From: Mobula hypostoma
Taxonomy: Eukaryota
DNA: 64,000 nucleotides
Direction: 5' to 3'
Assembly: GCF_963921235.1 (NCBI RefSeq)
Contig: NC_086097.1
Location: 231,696,001 to 231,760,000, forward strand
Positions 61,950 through 64,000 of this stretch are shown here, piece by piece (the stretch's first letter is position 1; every line of letters begins with the position of its first letter). Position numbers and translations under genes: made by a program. Under the pieces are notes generated by a model that saw only the letters and a program-made list of their open reading frames with translations, was not told where the DNA came from and did not search any database.

Positions 61950-62215
61950 AAAAGTTAGAGTTAAAGTCTGTCCCGAGCCTTATAGCTTATGCCGGTTTCT
62001 GTGGCGTGAAGCGACTGAAAGTATGAGACTCTCCCCCCCCCGCCCCGGATAGGACGCCAGTCGATCGCGAGGTTAACCCCCAGCATTTTGCCGGTACCCA
62101 TTTTCAGCTGGGTGGACCAGAGCAGTGTGTGGTTAAGTGCCGTTGCTCGAGGAAGCTCGAACTCACGGCCTTCAGATCACTAGTCCAACGCCTTAGCCAC
62201 TTGGCCACGCGCCAC
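61950..62215 (-). mobile_element. tRNA-derived SINE with Meta-domain-like core
   Basis: Minus strand gtggccaagtggctaaggcgttggactagtgatctgaaggccgtgagttcgagc (A and B boxes), then ccacccagctgaaaatgggtaccggcaaaatgctgggggttaacc; CpGs retained. Confidence 0.7.
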
Positions 62216-62277
62216 AGGGAGTCTCCTGGGTGGTCCAGTTTCATCCCACATTCCAAAGTCGCATGGATTAGGGTTAG

Positions 62278-62371
62278 GTCCTGACGAAGGGTCTCGGCCT
62301 GAAACGTCGACTGCACCTCTTTCTAGAGATGCTGCCTGGCCTGCTGCGTTCACCAGCAACTTTTATGTGTG
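62278..62371 (+). mobile_element. Short Penelope-derived insertion with a complete minimal type I hammerhead ribozyme
   Basis: gtc-CTGACGA-agggtctcggcct-GAAA-cg-TC-gac; perfect 10-bp direct repeat ttagggttag at 62268-62277 and 62372-62381. Confidence 0.85.
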
Positions 62372-62478
62372 TTAGGGTTAGTAAGTTGTGTACATGCTGT
62401 GTTGGTGCCAGAAGCATGCCAACCCTTAAAGGCTGGCCCCAGCACATCCACGGACTGTGTTGGTCATTGGCGCAGAAT

Positions 62479-63590
62479 ACTTTATACTTTATACTTTATT
62501 GTTGCCAAACAATTGATACTAGAACGTACAATAATCACAGCGATATTTGATTCTGCGTTTCCCACTCCCTGGAGTACAAATTGATAGTAAATATTAAAAA
62601 TTTAAATTATAAATCATAAACAGAAAATAGAAAATGGGAAGTAAGGTAGTGCAAAAATAAGCAGAGAGGCAGGTCCGGATATTTGGAGGGTACGGCCCTG
62701 ATCCGGGTCAGGATCCGTTCAGCAGTCTTATCACAGTTGGAAAGAAGCTGTTCCCAAATCTGTCCGTATGAGTCTTCAAACTCCTGAGCCTTCTCCCAGA
62801 GGGAAGAGGGACAAAAAGTGTGTTGGCTGGGTGGGTCGTGTCCTTGATTATCCTGGCAGCACTGCTCCGACAGCGTGCGGTGTAAAGTGAGTTCACGGAC
62901 GGAAGATTGGTTTGTGTGATGTGCTGCGCCGTGTTCATGATCTTCTGCAGCTTCTTTTCGGTCTTGGACAGGACAACTTCCATACCAGGTTGTGATGCAC
63001 CCTAGAAGAATGCTTTCTACGGTGCATCTATAAAAATTTGTGAGGATTTTAGGGAACAGGCCAAATTTCCTTAGCTTTCTCAGGAAGTAAAGGCACTGGT
63101 AGGCCTTCTTGGCAGTGGACTCTGCTTGGTTGGACCAAGTCAGGTCATTTGTGATATTGACTCCGAGGAACTTAAAGCTTTTGACCTGTTCCACTTGCAC
63201 ACCACCGATGTAAATTGGGTCGTGCGGTCCGCTACTCCTTCTGAAGTCAACAACCAATTCCTTCATCTTGCTGACGTTGAGGGATAGGTTATTGTCTTCA
63301 CACCATGACACCAGGTTCTTAATTTCCTCTCTGTACTCAAACTCATCATTACCCGAGATACGGCCTACAATTGTTGTGTCATCAGCAATCTTACATATTG
63401 AGTTTGATGGAAACTTGGCTACACAATCATGGGTGTACAGTGAGTACAGCAGGGGGCTGAGTACACAGCCTTGTGGGGCACCGGTGCTCAGAGTGATTGT
63501 AGAGGAGAGCATGTCCCCTATTTTTACAGCCTGGGTCCTGTCTATGAGTAAGTTAAAGATCCAGCTGCAGATCTGAGTGCTAAGGCCCAG
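62479..63590 (-). mobile_element. Rex1/Babar-type LINE, 5'-truncated, young
   Basis: ORF 62607-63635 [37 protein letters not shown], frameshift near 62955 into 62708-62983; (AAAGTAT)n tail; CAGAAT at both junctions. Confidence 0.9.
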
Positions 63591-63715
63591 AATGATGTAC
63601 ATGCCACAAATAAAGCTAATCTTTAAAAAGAACATTTAAGTGAGAGTACTTTTACCTCAACGACTGCATCAAACTTACAAATAGCCAGACAAAAAAGTGA
63701 GCAATTCATTACAAT

Positions 63716-63931
63716 ATGTTGTTGTTCCTTTCCACGCCTTGTGGCACAAGGGAGGGGGGGGGGCAACCTTGCCATTTCTTGAGCATTTGTCTGTATTTTT
63801 TACGAGGCTGAGTTGCTGGCTTGATGCTCAACCCAGCACGGACAGAAAGCACACAAGGGGCCGGCTGGATTTGAACCCAGGACCACTCATCTTGAAGTCT
63901 GGTGTGGATGCCACTACACCACCGGCCAGCT
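63716..63931 (-). mobile_element. tRNA-derived SINE with (CAA)n tail
   Basis: Paralog of 16108-16312. Confidence 0.7.
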
Positions 63932-64000
63932 AACATTACAATGTAACCACATTCAATTCAGAACTTGAGAGATGTGTTTCTGTTTGTAAATTCCAAATAT

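Larger units (their letters stand above)
61815..63625 (+). mobile_element. tRNA-derived SINE fragmented by three nested insertions
   Basis: Pieces 61815-61948, 62216-62277, 62372-62478 and 63591-63625 reassemble into a paralog of 9490-9780 and 21464-21778. Confidence 0.7.

Noticed and set aside
62150..62215. tRNA gene
   Set aside because: tRNA-like A/B boxes run directly into a SINE body with no complete acceptor stem
1..64000. CRISPR array, prokaryotic operon or retron/DGR-type RT system
   Set aside because: No regularly spaced repeat-spacer array; low coding density; all RT ORFs match eukaryotic non-LTR retrotransposon clades

Overview
Eukaryotic, AT-rich and repeat-dominated DNA. The repeat repertoire (CR1 LINEs with (TTCTATG)n-type tails, Rex1/Babar LINEs, V-domain/HE1-like SINEs, Penelope pseudo-LTRs) points to a cartilaginous fish, probably a ray; this is an inference from repeat families only. 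The window opens with the 3' ~5.2 kb of an L1-clade LINE (ORF1 end, ~820-nt U-rich spacer, ORF2 broken by one stop and two frameshifts). The rest is a mosaic of 5'-truncated CR1, Rex1/Babar, RTE, Tx1 and Penelope fragments, tRNA-derived SINEs and DNA-transposon derivatives (Harbinger MITE, mariner fold-back MITE, Tc1 remnant, Tigger4/Jerky-like element), often nested. No host gene could be named, but a few + strand candidate exons with good splice sites suggest the window may be intronic. Most notable: (i) short 94-124 bp insertions with perfect target-site duplications that carry an intact minimal hammerhead-ribozyme core; (ii) a Tigger4-like transposon that resembles the mammalian element; (iii) a MetaSINE-like SINE resembling cnidarian SINEs; (iv) a duplicated non-repeat module with box C/D-like motifs. 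All family assignments are by eye and recall, not database search, and the boundaries of degenerate repeats are approximate.
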